From: an uncultured Pseudomonadales bacterium
Lineage (GTDB): Bacteria; Patescibacteriota; Microgenomatia; UBA1400; MFAQ01
Assembly: GCA_964648275.1 (NCBI GenBank)
Contig: CAZYOB010000005.1
Location: 1 to 49,741 of the forward strand
DNA length: 49,741 nt
Direction of reading: 5' to 3'
Of the stretch, positions 1-8,230 are shown one piece after another (positions within the stretch are counted from its first letter, which is position 1; every line of letters begins with the position of its first letter). Made by a program: the position numbers and the translations under genes. The notes under the pieces were generated by a model. The model did not search any database, was not told the origin of the DNA, and worked only from the letters and a program-made list of their open reading frames with translations.

Positions 1-248
1 GGATGGATGTATTGGAAACCGGCTTTGACGATAAAACCGGTCTCTCCGAATTGTCCTTGGGCAGTTTGACCGATGGTGACTCCCAGTCCGAAAGAGGGGG
101 ATGATAGCTGTCCTCCACCGATGTTTACAGTACTGAAATTGATGTTGAAAGAGGGGGAAAAGAGAAAATCCGCATCGGAGGTATTCGGAGCAAAAATCGT
201 GAAAATGAATACGAGGATAGGGAATAATATAAGGTATTGGAGTTTCAT
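1..248 (-). CDS. partial CDS (5' end inside window): secreted protein with signal-peptide-like N-terminus
   Basis: An ATG at 248-246 (minus strand) opens a frame that runs off the window edge. It translates as MKLQYLILFPILVFIFTIFAPNTSDADFLFSPSFNINFSTVNIGGGQLSSPSFGLGV... It is open-ended, so it is absent from the ORF track. No clear SD. Confidence 0.35.
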   Translation of the reverse strand, partial: MKLQYLILFPILVFIFTIFAPNTSDADFLFSPSFNINFSTVNIGGGQLSSPSFGLGVTIGQTAQGQFGETGFIVKAGFQYIH

Positions 249-411
249 TTCAGGGGGTTTTTGAGGATGTCTTTGGGTTTTGTGAGGTAATCTTTATGCA
301 TGCGATCGGCTTGTCTGTGTAGTTTTGATATGGTCTGTAAAGTAAGGGTGATATAGTTGAGCTTTGTGCGGAAGAGGACTGATATAACCCGAATGAATTA
401 GGCATATATTA

Positions 412-1158
412 TCATTCTAAATCAATCTTATCGGATGTTTCTTTAATTGAGTTTTCAAAAGCGTTCGTGGATGTGTAAAGGGTAATAAGGTCCTGTTGGA
501 TCACCCTTAACTTGTCTACGAAGCCGGAAGGAACTGAGGTGATGTTGTCTCCTTTGGAGTTAAAGAAAATGACCAGGTCGGAGACCGAGTTCAAGACAGA
601 AGAAAGGGATGGTTTGGCCGAAGTCGAGATCCAAAGGAGCGAATCAGTCTCTTCTTCCTGTATCACGTTTGAAAGGATGTGAATTCGTCCCTTTTGAGCC
701 TGGCTTGAGAGGTAGTTGCGGCCAAAGAGGATGGCAAGAGGAGTGACGAAGCCAAGACTAAGAATGTTGATGAGTATTTCAGGAGTGAGATGAGCTTGAT
801 TCTGCCAAAGGAAGAGGCCAATGAGAAGGACAGAGACGGCTCCGGCTTGGAATGGTTGGAAAAGTAGAGCCAGTGCGAAGAGGAGGAAGTCAAGGATGAA
901 AAAGAGTGGTGAGGTGGCTGAACCGGTAGAAAACACCAGTAGAAGGGTGATAATTGTCAGAATGATCGTAGATGACAAATTGGACTGGGTTAGTGATGCC
1001 TTTCTCGATTGGATCATTCTGGTGACGAAATAGACGAATGTAAGGGCTCCGGTGAGCTGTAAGTTGTATTGAGCCAGTGTTGGTGTGCTTGACCAAAGAA
1101 AGCTAAAAATAACCGCAAAGAAGAGAGTGATTGTATGAAGAAGATTCAAGCGATTCAT
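412..1158 (-). CDS. polytopic membrane protein, unknown function
   Basis: 248-aa ORF. The N-terminal ~150 aa form several hydrophobic helices, followed by a soluble C-terminal tail. I recognise no motif. Confidence 0.55.
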   Translation of the reverse strand: MNRLNLLHTITLFFAVIFSFLWSSTPTLAQYNLQLTGALTFVYFVTRMIQSRKASLTQSNLSSTIILTIITLLLVFSTGSATSPLFFILDFLLFALALLFQPFQAGAVSVLLIGLFLWQNQAHLTPEILINILSLGFVTPLAILFGRNYLSSQAQKGRIHILSNVIQEEETDSLLWISTSAKPSLSSVLNSVSDLVIFFNSKGDNITSVPSGFVDKLRVIQQDLITLYTSTNAFENSIKETSDKIDLE

Positions 1159-1569
1159 ACCTTAATAATACTAGAAAAATTAAGATCCAAAATATAACTT
1201 GATTGTTTTAGTCAAAAAAAATAGCCGTCATTCCGGATGGGAATAACTTATAGATGATTGTGAAAAATATAACAAAAGTATATGCCAGAGAGAATGGTAG
1301 GTGTTGCGGTGATTTGCGGAAATGATATAAGTGGGTGCGGAATATGCTGATATATTATGTTCTATAATTATCAGTTATCTTATTAGAGTGCTTGATGTTC
1401 TATGCAAGGATAAGATAATATTATTCCGTGAAAGTTATGTGTCTTATGGTGTTGATTACGAACTGGTTTACGGAAATATAAATATACCGACAATATTTAG
1501 AAAGACAAATATATGAGTGAAAACATACTTAAATAGAGGTATATAGAAAACGGAGTAAAATATATATTC

Positions 1570-2160
1570 ATGGACATTATAAAAATTAGAGATGAAATGA
1601 TGTCACGGAGATGGCTCCTTATCGCAATCATGTTATTTGGTGGCTTTCTAGTTATTACTGGCCTTTTTAGAGGTATTTTAGAGAGTCGTCAGGTTCAAGT
1701 CGAGTACATTGAAAATGATGAGGAAATATTTGAGGATAAAATTATTGTTGATGTTGAAGGAGGGGTAATTAATCCCGGCGTTTATGAGTTATCTTCCGGA
1801 TCAAGAATTAAAGATGCCATAGTGGCGGCAGGGGGAATATCTTCAGATGCAAACCGAGAGACCTTTGTTAAATTATTTAATTTAGCCCAACTTTTGAAGG
1901 ACGGGCAGAAAATATACGTGCCTTTAGCTTCAGAAAGTAATACTGGGGTAGGGTATGATGAGCACAAAAATGCAGATAGGGTAATTAATATTAACGAGGC
2001 AAGTGAGCAAGAGTTAGATACCCTCGAGGGTATAGGACCGGCAAGGGCAATGGCAATTATTCAGGGAAGGCCTTATTCCGAGGTAGATGAATTAGTTGGA
2101 AAAGGAGTGTTGTCGAGCTCTATTTTAGAGAAAATTAGACTTAAGATAATCGTTTATTGA
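1570..2160 (+). CDS. comEA: competence protein ComEA (SLBB + helix-hairpin-helix DNA-binding)
   Basis: N-terminal TM helix. SLBB-like segment VDVEGGVINPGVYELSSGSRIKDAIVAAGG. C-terminal HhH INEASEQELDTLEGIGPARAMAIIQGRPY. Overlaps the next ORF by 4 nt. Confidence 0.85.
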   Translation: MDIIKIRDEMMSRRWLLIAIMLFGGFLVITGLFRGILESRQVQVEYIENDEEIFEDKIIVDVEGGVINPGVYELSSGSRIKDAIVAAGGISSDANRETFVKLFNLAQLLKDGQKIYVPLASESNTGVGYDEHKNADRVININEASEQELDTLEGIGPARAMAIIQGRPYSEVDELVGKGVLSSSILEKIRLKIIVY

Positions 2161-3293
2161 ACCTAAAAATGTTTTGGTTTATTAGGATTGCTGTGTTGTT
2201 ATTTATTTTGGAGCTGAGGCTGTTTAATTCTCAAGTAGAAGGACTGTCGATGGTAAAAGGTAGAAAGGTGAGAGTTACAGGTAATATAGACAAAATATCT
2301 CGTAATGTATCAAACTGTAAAATCGACGTCGGGGATTTTTGGTTTGAAATTGAGGGTTGGTGTAGATTTTCACAAGGGAGCGTAATTAGTGTAATTGGCA
2401 CTATTGATAGGAGTGTGACAGACATGTTTTTCGGGCAAATGAGGCTAACCAGCGCGCTAATAGACGATTCGAATATTGAGGTTGTGGTGACCCAAGAGGA
2501 TGACAAAAAACCAGGGGTTTTTCAGGTTTTGCGTGAAAAAATTAGGCATAGATTTATTCGTGTTTTGCCGGTTTTTGAGGCGGGTCTAGTATCAGGAATG
2601 ATTACCGGTGATAAAGAAGGATTATCAAGGAGCGCTTATCAATTAATGATTGATAGCGGAACAATCCACATTATAGTGGCAAGTGGATATAACGTGATGC
2701 TGGTGGCCGGAACTTTGATGAGTGGCCTTTTCTGGCTGCTTAAGAGGTCCAGAGCGATGATATTCACCTTGGTCAGTGTAGTTCTCTATACCTTACTGGC
2801 AGGAGGTGATCCACCAGTTGTAAGAGCGGCGATAATGGCCGGAGTGTTACTCATAGGAGGAGTGCTGGGAAGAAAGAGTGTCAGCTGGTGGTCGTTATTG
2901 TTGGCGGGGTGGGTGATGGTAATGATAGAACCGGAGATGTTGACGAACGCAAGTTTCCAGTTATCCATGGGAGCAAGTGTGGGGTTGATGATCGTTTACC
3001 CAATGATAATGAGTATGTCTGTTATGAAAAGTAATAGATTGATAGAGTTATCCGATAAGCTTGGGATAATGACGACTGTCTCCACAATGATGACTACCGC
3101 TCCGATCATCTGGTGGCATTTTGGACGATTTAGTGCGGTGGCTTTGTTGAGCAATGTTTTGATACTGCCTTTTGTGAGTGTGATCATGATCCTGGGGGTG
3201 ATGACTTTGGTACTTGGTGGTTTGACCGCGCCGTTTCTTTACGCAGCTTCTCACTGGGTAGTGATGGTAATCGAGTTTTTTGCCAGAGGGTAA
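2157..3293 (+). CDS. comEC: ComEC/Rec2 membrane channel part (N-terminal OB-like region + competence domain)
   Basis: Motif LVSGMITGDKEGLSRSAYQLMIDSGTIHIIVASGYNVMLVAG, followed by multiple TM helices. The ORF stops before the MBL domain normally fused in ComEC. Confidence 0.8.
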   Translation: MNLKMFWFIRIAVLLFILELRLFNSQVEGLSMVKGRKVRVTGNIDKISRNVSNCKIDVGDFWFEIEGWCRFSQGSVISVIGTIDRSVTDMFFGQMRLTSALIDDSNIEVVVTQEDDKKPGVFQVLREKIRHRFIRVLPVFEAGLVSGMITGDKEGLSRSAYQLMIDSGTIHIIVASGYNVMLVAGTLMSGLFWLLKRSRAMIFTLVSVVLYTLLAGGDPPVVRAAIMAGVLLIGGVLGRKSVSWWSLLLAGWVMVMIEPEMLTNASFQLSMGASVGLMIVYPMIMSMSVMKSNRLIELSDKLGIMTTVSTMMTTAPIIWWHFGRFSAVALLSNVLILPFVSVIMILGVMTLVLGGLTAPFLYAASHWVVMVIEFFARG

Positions 3294-3302
3294 ACTAGAT
3301 AA

Positions 3303-4076
3303 GTGAAGAACATATTATGGATTGGGCTAATCTTGTTGATGCTTGGAGTTTGGACTTGGCAACAGTTTCCGGACGGGAAATTGAGGCTCATCTTTTGCGA
3401 TGTCGGCCAGGGTGACGGTGCGGTGATTTCCTTGGGTTATTTCCAAGCGATGATAGATACGGGTGAGAGTGGAGAAAAGATACTTGACTGTTTGTCTGAT
3501 CATATGCCGTATTGGGATAAGAGACTGGAGGTCGTGTTTTTGTCGCATCCGGACAGTGACCATGCCGGGGCGTTACCAGAGATTGAGCGGAGTTATGAAG
3601 TGGGTCGGGTGATAAGAAGTGCCGGTCTTGGTGATATCGTCCGTATCAGAGATTTACAGTTTGAAGTATTAAGTAGGGGGAGTTTGGGTAGTCAAACCGG
3701 TGATGATGGTTGTGAAACCACTAATGAGTGTTCAATGGTAATCAGGGTAGTCTATAAAAAATTTTCGGGGTTGTTCACCGGTGATATGGGAGAAAAGGAA
3801 GAATTGGCACTCTTGGGTCGGGGAGTGATTAAAGAATCGGATGTTTTAAAAGTTGCCCATCATGGGTCAAAATTCAGTTCAACAATTGAGTTTTTGGAGA
3901 CACTACGCCCAGAATTGGCCGTGATATCAGTGGGAGCGAAAAACAGGTATGGTCATCCGACAAGTGATACTTTGAGTCGGTTGGATGCAGTCGGGGCAAA
4001 GGTGATGAGAACCGACGAAAGGGGAACTATAGAGGTAGTGACAGACGGTGAACAGTCCTGGGTGGTAAAAAAATGA
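3303..4076 (+). CDS. MBL-fold hydrolase corresponding to the ComEC C-terminal domain (separate ORF)
   Basis: GTG start. One N-terminal TM helix. Motifs SHPDSDHAGAL, LKVAHHGSKFSS and AVISVGAKNRYGHPTSDTL are typical of the ComEC beta-lactamase-like domain. Same reading frame as 2157..3293. Confidence 0.8.
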   Translation: MKNILWIGLILLMLGVWTWQQFPDGKLRLIFCDVGQGDGAVISLGYFQAMIDTGESGEKILDCLSDHMPYWDKRLEVVFLSHPDSDHAGALPEIERSYEVGRVIRSAGLGDIVRIRDLQFEVLSRGSLGSQTGDDGCETTNECSMVIRVVYKKFSGLFTGDMGEKEELALLGRGVIKESDVLKVAHHGSKFSSTIEFLETLRPELAVISVGAKNRYGHPTSDTLSRLDAVGAKVMRTDERGTIEVVTDGEQSWVVKK

Positions 4077-4095
4077 CCCGCCTGGTGGGCGGGTC
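4075..4095 (-). terminator. rho-independent terminator for 4104..4463, between convergent genes
   Basis: Stem GACCCGCC / GGCGGGTC. On the minus strand it is followed by T7 (plus-strand A-run 4066-4073). Confidence 0.6.
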
Positions 4096-4103
4096 AGATA
4101 AAC

Positions 4104-4463
4104 TTACCGGGATGGACAGAGTTGGTACTCGGCAGAGGGTATAACGACCAAGGAATCCCTTACCCACTCGATAGTGCCATCGGTATAGATGACACTGATC
4201 ATTCTATGAGTAGGAAAGAACCAGGTGGGGAGTTTGTACCATGATTGTTTGCCTTCGGGACTTGTCAGGCTGACAAAGCCGGCACGGTTCTCTTGGCAGG
4301 GCTGGCCGTCTGCAAGTATAGTTTGGCCGGATAATACGACTATGCCGTCACCAGGTTCGATGTTGGTGGGTGCGTCCAACAGGCTCACTGGAAACAGTAT
4401 TCCGAACAAAAGTGCGATCATAAGGGCAAAGAAGGCGATCACGATTAAAGGGTTGTCGTTCAT
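4104..4463 (-). CDS. membrane-anchored small protein, unknown function
   Basis: 119-aa ORF with SD AAGGAG upstream of the ATG, an N-terminal TM helix (LIVIAFFALMIALLFGILFPV) and a terminator downstream. Confidence 0.55.
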   Translation of the reverse strand: MNDNPLIVIAFFALMIALLFGILFPVSLLDAPTNIEPGDGIVVLSGQTILADGQPCQENRAGFVSLTSPEGKQSWYKLPTWFFPTHRMISVIYTDGTIEWVRDSLVVIPSAEYQLCPSR

Positions 4464-4567
4464 TGGGGCTCCTTTTTTTGAAAGTACGGGTTATCTGATG
4501 GGATTGTACCATGACTTATAATATTAAACCAGTGCCTACAAGAAGATGTTAAGTTACAATAGACGAT

Positions 4568-5842
4568 ATGAGATTCGAACCAAAAGTATTTAAATTAGGA
4601 AAATTAAGAGTAGTGCTGGTGAAAGAAGCCAGGGAAAGCGTGACGGTACGAGCGATGGTGGGGACAGGGTCAAGAGAAGAAAGTGACAAAGAGGCTGGGA
4701 GCGCTCATTTCTTGGAACACTTTGTTTTTAAGGGAACCAAAAAATATCCCGGGATGTATGACATAAATACGGCTGTAGAAGAAGTGGGAGGAGCATTCAA
4801 TGCATATACCGGTCAGAATGAAATGGGATTTTGGGTAAAAATGGATAAGACACACCTTGGTAGAGCGGTACAGATAGTTGGTCAGGTAATCACGGAGCCT
4901 TTATTGCCAAAAGAACATTTTGATAAAGAAAGGGGGACAATCTTGGAGGAACTGCATATGTATGAGGACAGGCCTTCGAGTAAGGCGGCCGAGGAGATGG
5001 TGAAGTTGCTATACGGAAAAACAAACCTGGGAAGACCAATCATCGGCACCGTTGAGAGTTTGAATGGGATGACAGTTGAACATCTGAGAGCTTACCTTGA
5101 GAAGTGGTTCGTGGCAGGGAATATCATTGTGGGAGTAGTGGGAGATTACGGGAGTGATGAGAAGGTTTTGGCGATGATTAAAGAAGAGATGGCCAACCTC
5201 ATTGCAGACGAAAGGAAGGTGCCCAAGAAGGATTTGTATGAATGGGATACGCAGAAGGCATTGAGGGCAAAATTGATTTCCAGAAAACTGGATCAGGCGG
5301 CCGTGTTCGTCGGATTTAGGGGAATTGAGTTAACACATAGGTTGAGATATGCGCTAGACCTGACCAACATCATCTTGGGTGATGGCTGGTTGTCCAGATT
5401 ATTGAAAGAGGTACGTGAGGAAAGAGGGTGGGCATATTCGATCAGATCCGGTACGGATCAGTTCCCAGACGTTGGTGATGTGATGATCGGTGCCGGGTTG
5501 CCTAAAGACAAGTTGAATGAAGCGGTGGGATTGATCGTAGACATCTGCATGGGTCTTTCCGGACAGAATCGATGGATGATCAGGGATGAAGAATTAAAGT
5601 CTGCCAAGGATACTTTCAGAGGGAGATTCTCTCTGCAGCATGATATCCCTGAGGAGGTGCTCGGGTCTGCCCTAGAAGACCTGATGTTCGAGGGGAAGAT
5701 CTACACTCCCGATGAGATATTCAAAAACATTGAAAAAGTAACCTTGGATGAAGTGAAGGAACTCTCACAGATGGTATTTAAGAAGGAAAAAATGTCAATT
5801 GCGGTAGTGGGTAACTATCGGAAGTTGGAATTACCTATTTAG
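4568..5842 (+). CDS. M16 (pitrilysin/insulinase) family zinc peptidase
   Basis: Inverted zinc motif HxxEH in GSAHFLEHFVFKGTKKYP. The 424-aa length is typical of two-domain M16B proteins. Confidence 0.85.
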   Translation: MRFEPKVFKLGKLRVVLVKEARESVTVRAMVGTGSREESDKEAGSAHFLEHFVFKGTKKYPGMYDINTAVEEVGGAFNAYTGQNEMGFWVKMDKTHLGRAVQIVGQVITEPLLPKEHFDKERGTILEELHMYEDRPSSKAAEEMVKLLYGKTNLGRPIIGTVESLNGMTVEHLRAYLEKWFVAGNIIVGVVGDYGSDEKVLAMIKEEMANLIADERKVPKKDLYEWDTQKALRAKLISRKLDQAAVFVGFRGIELTHRLRYALDLTNIILGDGWLSRLLKEVREERGWAYSIRSGTDQFPDVGDVMIGAGLPKDKLNEAVGLIVDICMGLSGQNRWMIRDEELKSAKDTFRGRFSLQHDIPEEVLGSALEDLMFEGKIYTPDEIFKNIEKVTLDEVKELSQMVFKKEKMSIAVVGNYRKLELPI

Positions 5843-6005
5843 TTTTTGGCTTGGATGGGTGGAGAGCCTCCGAGTTTTTGATGGCGGAGCATATTGGGCA
5901 GTAGACAGGTTCGGGAAGGTCTTTTTGGGCGTTCAATTTCTGCTCATATTCAGAGTAAACAAAGGAATTGTGGCAGTTTTGGCAGTTAAGGATTTTGTCA
6001 GGCAT
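5835..6005 (-). CDS. small zinc-ribbon protein (start trimmed to avoid tRNA)
   Basis: Two CxxC pairs: MPDKILNCQNCHNSF...PVYCPICSAIK. The track ORF (to 6056) overlaps tRNA-Ala, so I chose the internal ATG at 6005. No obvious SD. Its 8-nt tail overlaps the M16 gene. Confidence 0.45.
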   Translation of the reverse strand: MPDKILNCQNCHNSFVYSEYEQKLNAQKDLPEPVYCPICSAIKNSEALHPSKPKTK

Positions 6006-6020
6006 ATTTTTTGTATTTAG

Positions 6021-6093
6021 TGGACCTGATCGGACTCGAACCGACCACCTCTGCAATGCGAATGCAGCGCTCTACCAGATGAGCTACAGGCCC
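6021..6093 (-). tRNA. tRNA-Ala (anticodon CGC)
   Basis: Reverse complement: GGGCCTGTAGCTCATCTGGTAGAGCGCTGCATTCGCATTGCAGAGGTGGTCGGTTCGAGTCCGATCAGGTCCA. Cloverleaf folds by hand, G3:U70 is present, anticodon loop TTCGCAT. CCA is not encoded. Confidence 0.9.
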
Positions 6094-6203
6094 TCAACCT
6101 ATATTTTATCAGCCTTAGGGTGGGTAATCTCGGGTAATGGTTGATATAATACAAAAGTTTGCTTCGTTAGAGGCAACGGCACATTTCCAAATTTTAAAAA
6201 GGA

Positions 6204-8051
6204 GTGCATATGCTTGGAACAGTGTTGGTCGGCACGTTGATTTTGACTGCGATTCTTGGTCTGCCTCAGTTCTTGGTCAAAGGAGGCATTAAATACGCTC
6301 TCGGATGGCTATTGATCGGGGCGATCTTCAACTTCATCTTCCTGTGGATCTATGTATACTTTGCCCTTCCGGCGATGACCGGACCCCTGGGTGGTTATGG
6401 ATTCTTGTGGCTACCAATATTAATCAACGTTTTTGCAGCCGGTGCAATGACCATGTTCAAGAGTGAGGACTACAGATCCGACGAAGATGATTCAAGAAAT
6501 CACGTTGCGGCCTTTTTGAGCATGGGAAGCGCCTTGCTGGTATTGGTCATAATCTGGGTGGTAATATCTTTCTCTTCCTGGAAACAAGATTCAAGAAAGC
6601 TTGCCTTTTCCAATGTTGTGCCTGCAACCCCGGTGACCGAGATCATGGGCGACGGGACCACCAAAGTAAGAGACGCCTCTATTCCCGGGTCAGACGAAAA
6701 GCATTTGCCGATCGTCACCGACGGAAATGCCCTTAACAGGGCAGGAGGGTCTTTGACCGGAACATTGGGTTCTAACTACAGTTGGGGTAAGCAGGTGGTT
6801 CAGTCGATCAATGGACATCTGTACAGAGTCTCTCTAATGGAGTTCAAGGATTTCTGGGCATGGAAAAGGAACCCTACCAAGACCACACCTCAGTTCATCA
6901 TGATCGATGCGGAGAACCCTCTGGTTGAGAGTGCTCCAACCCCATACACCATCAAATATTTTACCGGGGCCTATTTCGGTAATGACGTCTTACGCTACCT
7001 ATATACCCATGGTTACTCAAGCTACCTGTTGGTCGATCCGACGATTGAGGTCTCGGATGACTTAAAAGTATACGAGACTGTGGGTCTGGGAAAGTATGTC
7101 ATGGGGTGGTCGGGTATCGAGATCCAGGCCATGGCCATGGTCGATGTAACGACCGGTGCGGTCGATGTATGTCAGATAAGCAATTGCCCCGCCTGGATCG
7201 ACAGAGTACTGCCAGATGACGCTACGGATACGTATGTTGACTGGTACGGACTCTACAATGATGCAGGCTGGTGGAACCTTGGTAAGGTCAACACTCTGAT
7301 GGGTGCGGACGACAAGGCGGTTCCAATTTACAACGGGGAACATGTAGCCTGGCAATACATCATGACGAGCCGCAACATGAAAGATAATAGCGGTGTTGGT
7401 CTGATCCTGTATGACGCACGAGAGAGAGTGGGCACCTACTACACTTTCAATAGTCCATTCCCTGTCGGCGGTCAGGTACGCTCCACTTTTGAGAACAACA
7501 AAACCCTGAAACAGTCGTCGACTACGGTGGATCAGATGATCTTGGTCAATATCTTCGGTGAAAACACTTGGGTAGCGACGATGGTGACTCCGGCAGCCAA
7601 TGGTACACAATACCAGTACACGGCCTTCGCCCGGGCTAACAAAACGACGGTGTCCGATGATGTGCAGTTTGATAAGGATCCCAAGATCGCACTGCGAAAC
7701 TATGAGATGTGGTTGGCAACTCACAGGGATACAAGTGAAGCCGATCCGACCCAGGAATCCGTGACGGTGATTCTTGAAGGTTACGTCGCCAGTGTCGGAA
7801 CTACTACCGTTCAGGGAAATACATATCATGTCTTTACTATGAATGACATGGATGCAAAGCCAGTGACCTACACTGATGACAATGGGGCAGAACAGACACG
7901 GTACTTTGTCGGACTTTACAGCCCGACGCAGACGATTGAACTGCCGCTAACAGCTTCCGATCATCATGTATTGGTAACTTATTTGGATACCAACCTCTCA
8001 GCGGAGGTACAGATTCAGGCGTTTGAAGATCTGGATGTACCTCCTCAGTAA
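6204..8051 (+). CDS. membrane protein with ~4 N-terminal TM helices and a ~480-aa extracytoplasmic domain, unknown function
   Basis: 615-aa ORF with SD AAGGAG 6 nt before the ATG and a strong terminator downstream. I recognise no catalytic motif. Confidence 0.65.
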   Translation: MHMLGTVLVGTLILTAILGLPQFLVKGGIKYALGWLLIGAIFNFIFLWIYVYFALPAMTGPLGGYGFLWLPILINVFAAGAMTMFKSEDYRSDEDDSRNHVAAFLSMGSALLVLVIIWVVISFSSWKQDSRKLAFSNVVPATPVTEIMGDGTTKVRDASIPGSDEKHLPIVTDGNALNRAGGSLTGTLGSNYSWGKQVVQSINGHLYRVSLMEFKDFWAWKRNPTKTTPQFIMIDAENPLVESAPTPYTIKYFTGAYFGNDVLRYLYTHGYSSYLLVDPTIEVSDDLKVYETVGLGKYVMGWSGIEIQAMAMVDVTTGAVDVCQISNCPAWIDRVLPDDATDTYVDWYGLYNDAGWWNLGKVNTLMGADDKAVPIYNGEHVAWQYIMTSRNMKDNSGVGLILYDARERVGTYYTFNSPFPVGGQVRSTFENNKTLKQSSTTVDQMILVNIFGENTWVATMVTPAANGTQYQYTAFARANKTTVSDDVQFDKDPKIALRNYEMWLATHRDTSEADPTQESVTVILEGYVASVGTTTVQGNTYHVFTMNDMDAKPVTYTDDNGAEQTRYFVGLYSPTQTIELPLTASDHHVLVTYLDTNLSAEVQIQAFEDLDVPPQ

Positions 8052-8059
8052 GATTTTTT

Positions 8060-8086
8060 CCCCGCCTTAAAAGGGCGGGGATTTTT
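8060..8086 (+). terminator. rho-independent terminator
   Basis: Stem CCCCGCC / GGCGGGG with a 7-nt loop, followed by ATTTTT. Confidence 0.7.
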
Positions 8087-8116
8087 CATGGTTATGTTAA
8101 AATATATGAGTATTTT

Positions 8117-8189
8117 GGGCCCTTAGCTCATCTGGTAGAGCGCTTCTATGGCATAGAAGAGGTGGTCGGTTCGAGTCCGATAGGGTCCA
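8117..8189 (+). tRNA. tRNA-Ala (anticodon GGC)
   Basis: GGGCCCTTAGCTCATCTGGTAGAGCGCTTCTATGGCATAGAAGAGGTGGTCGGTTCGAGTCCGATAGGGTCCA. G3:U70 is present, anticodon loop ATGGCAT. Confidence 0.9.
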
Positions 8190-8230
8190 CAAAGTTGACC
8201 GGCTTGGTAGCCGGTCTTTTAATGTATTGA

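Noticed and set aside
73-264. 63-aa plus-strand ORF at the window start.
   Set aside because: It lies opposite a more plausible open-ended minus-strand frame with a signal-peptide-like N-terminus, and it has odd composition and no SD.
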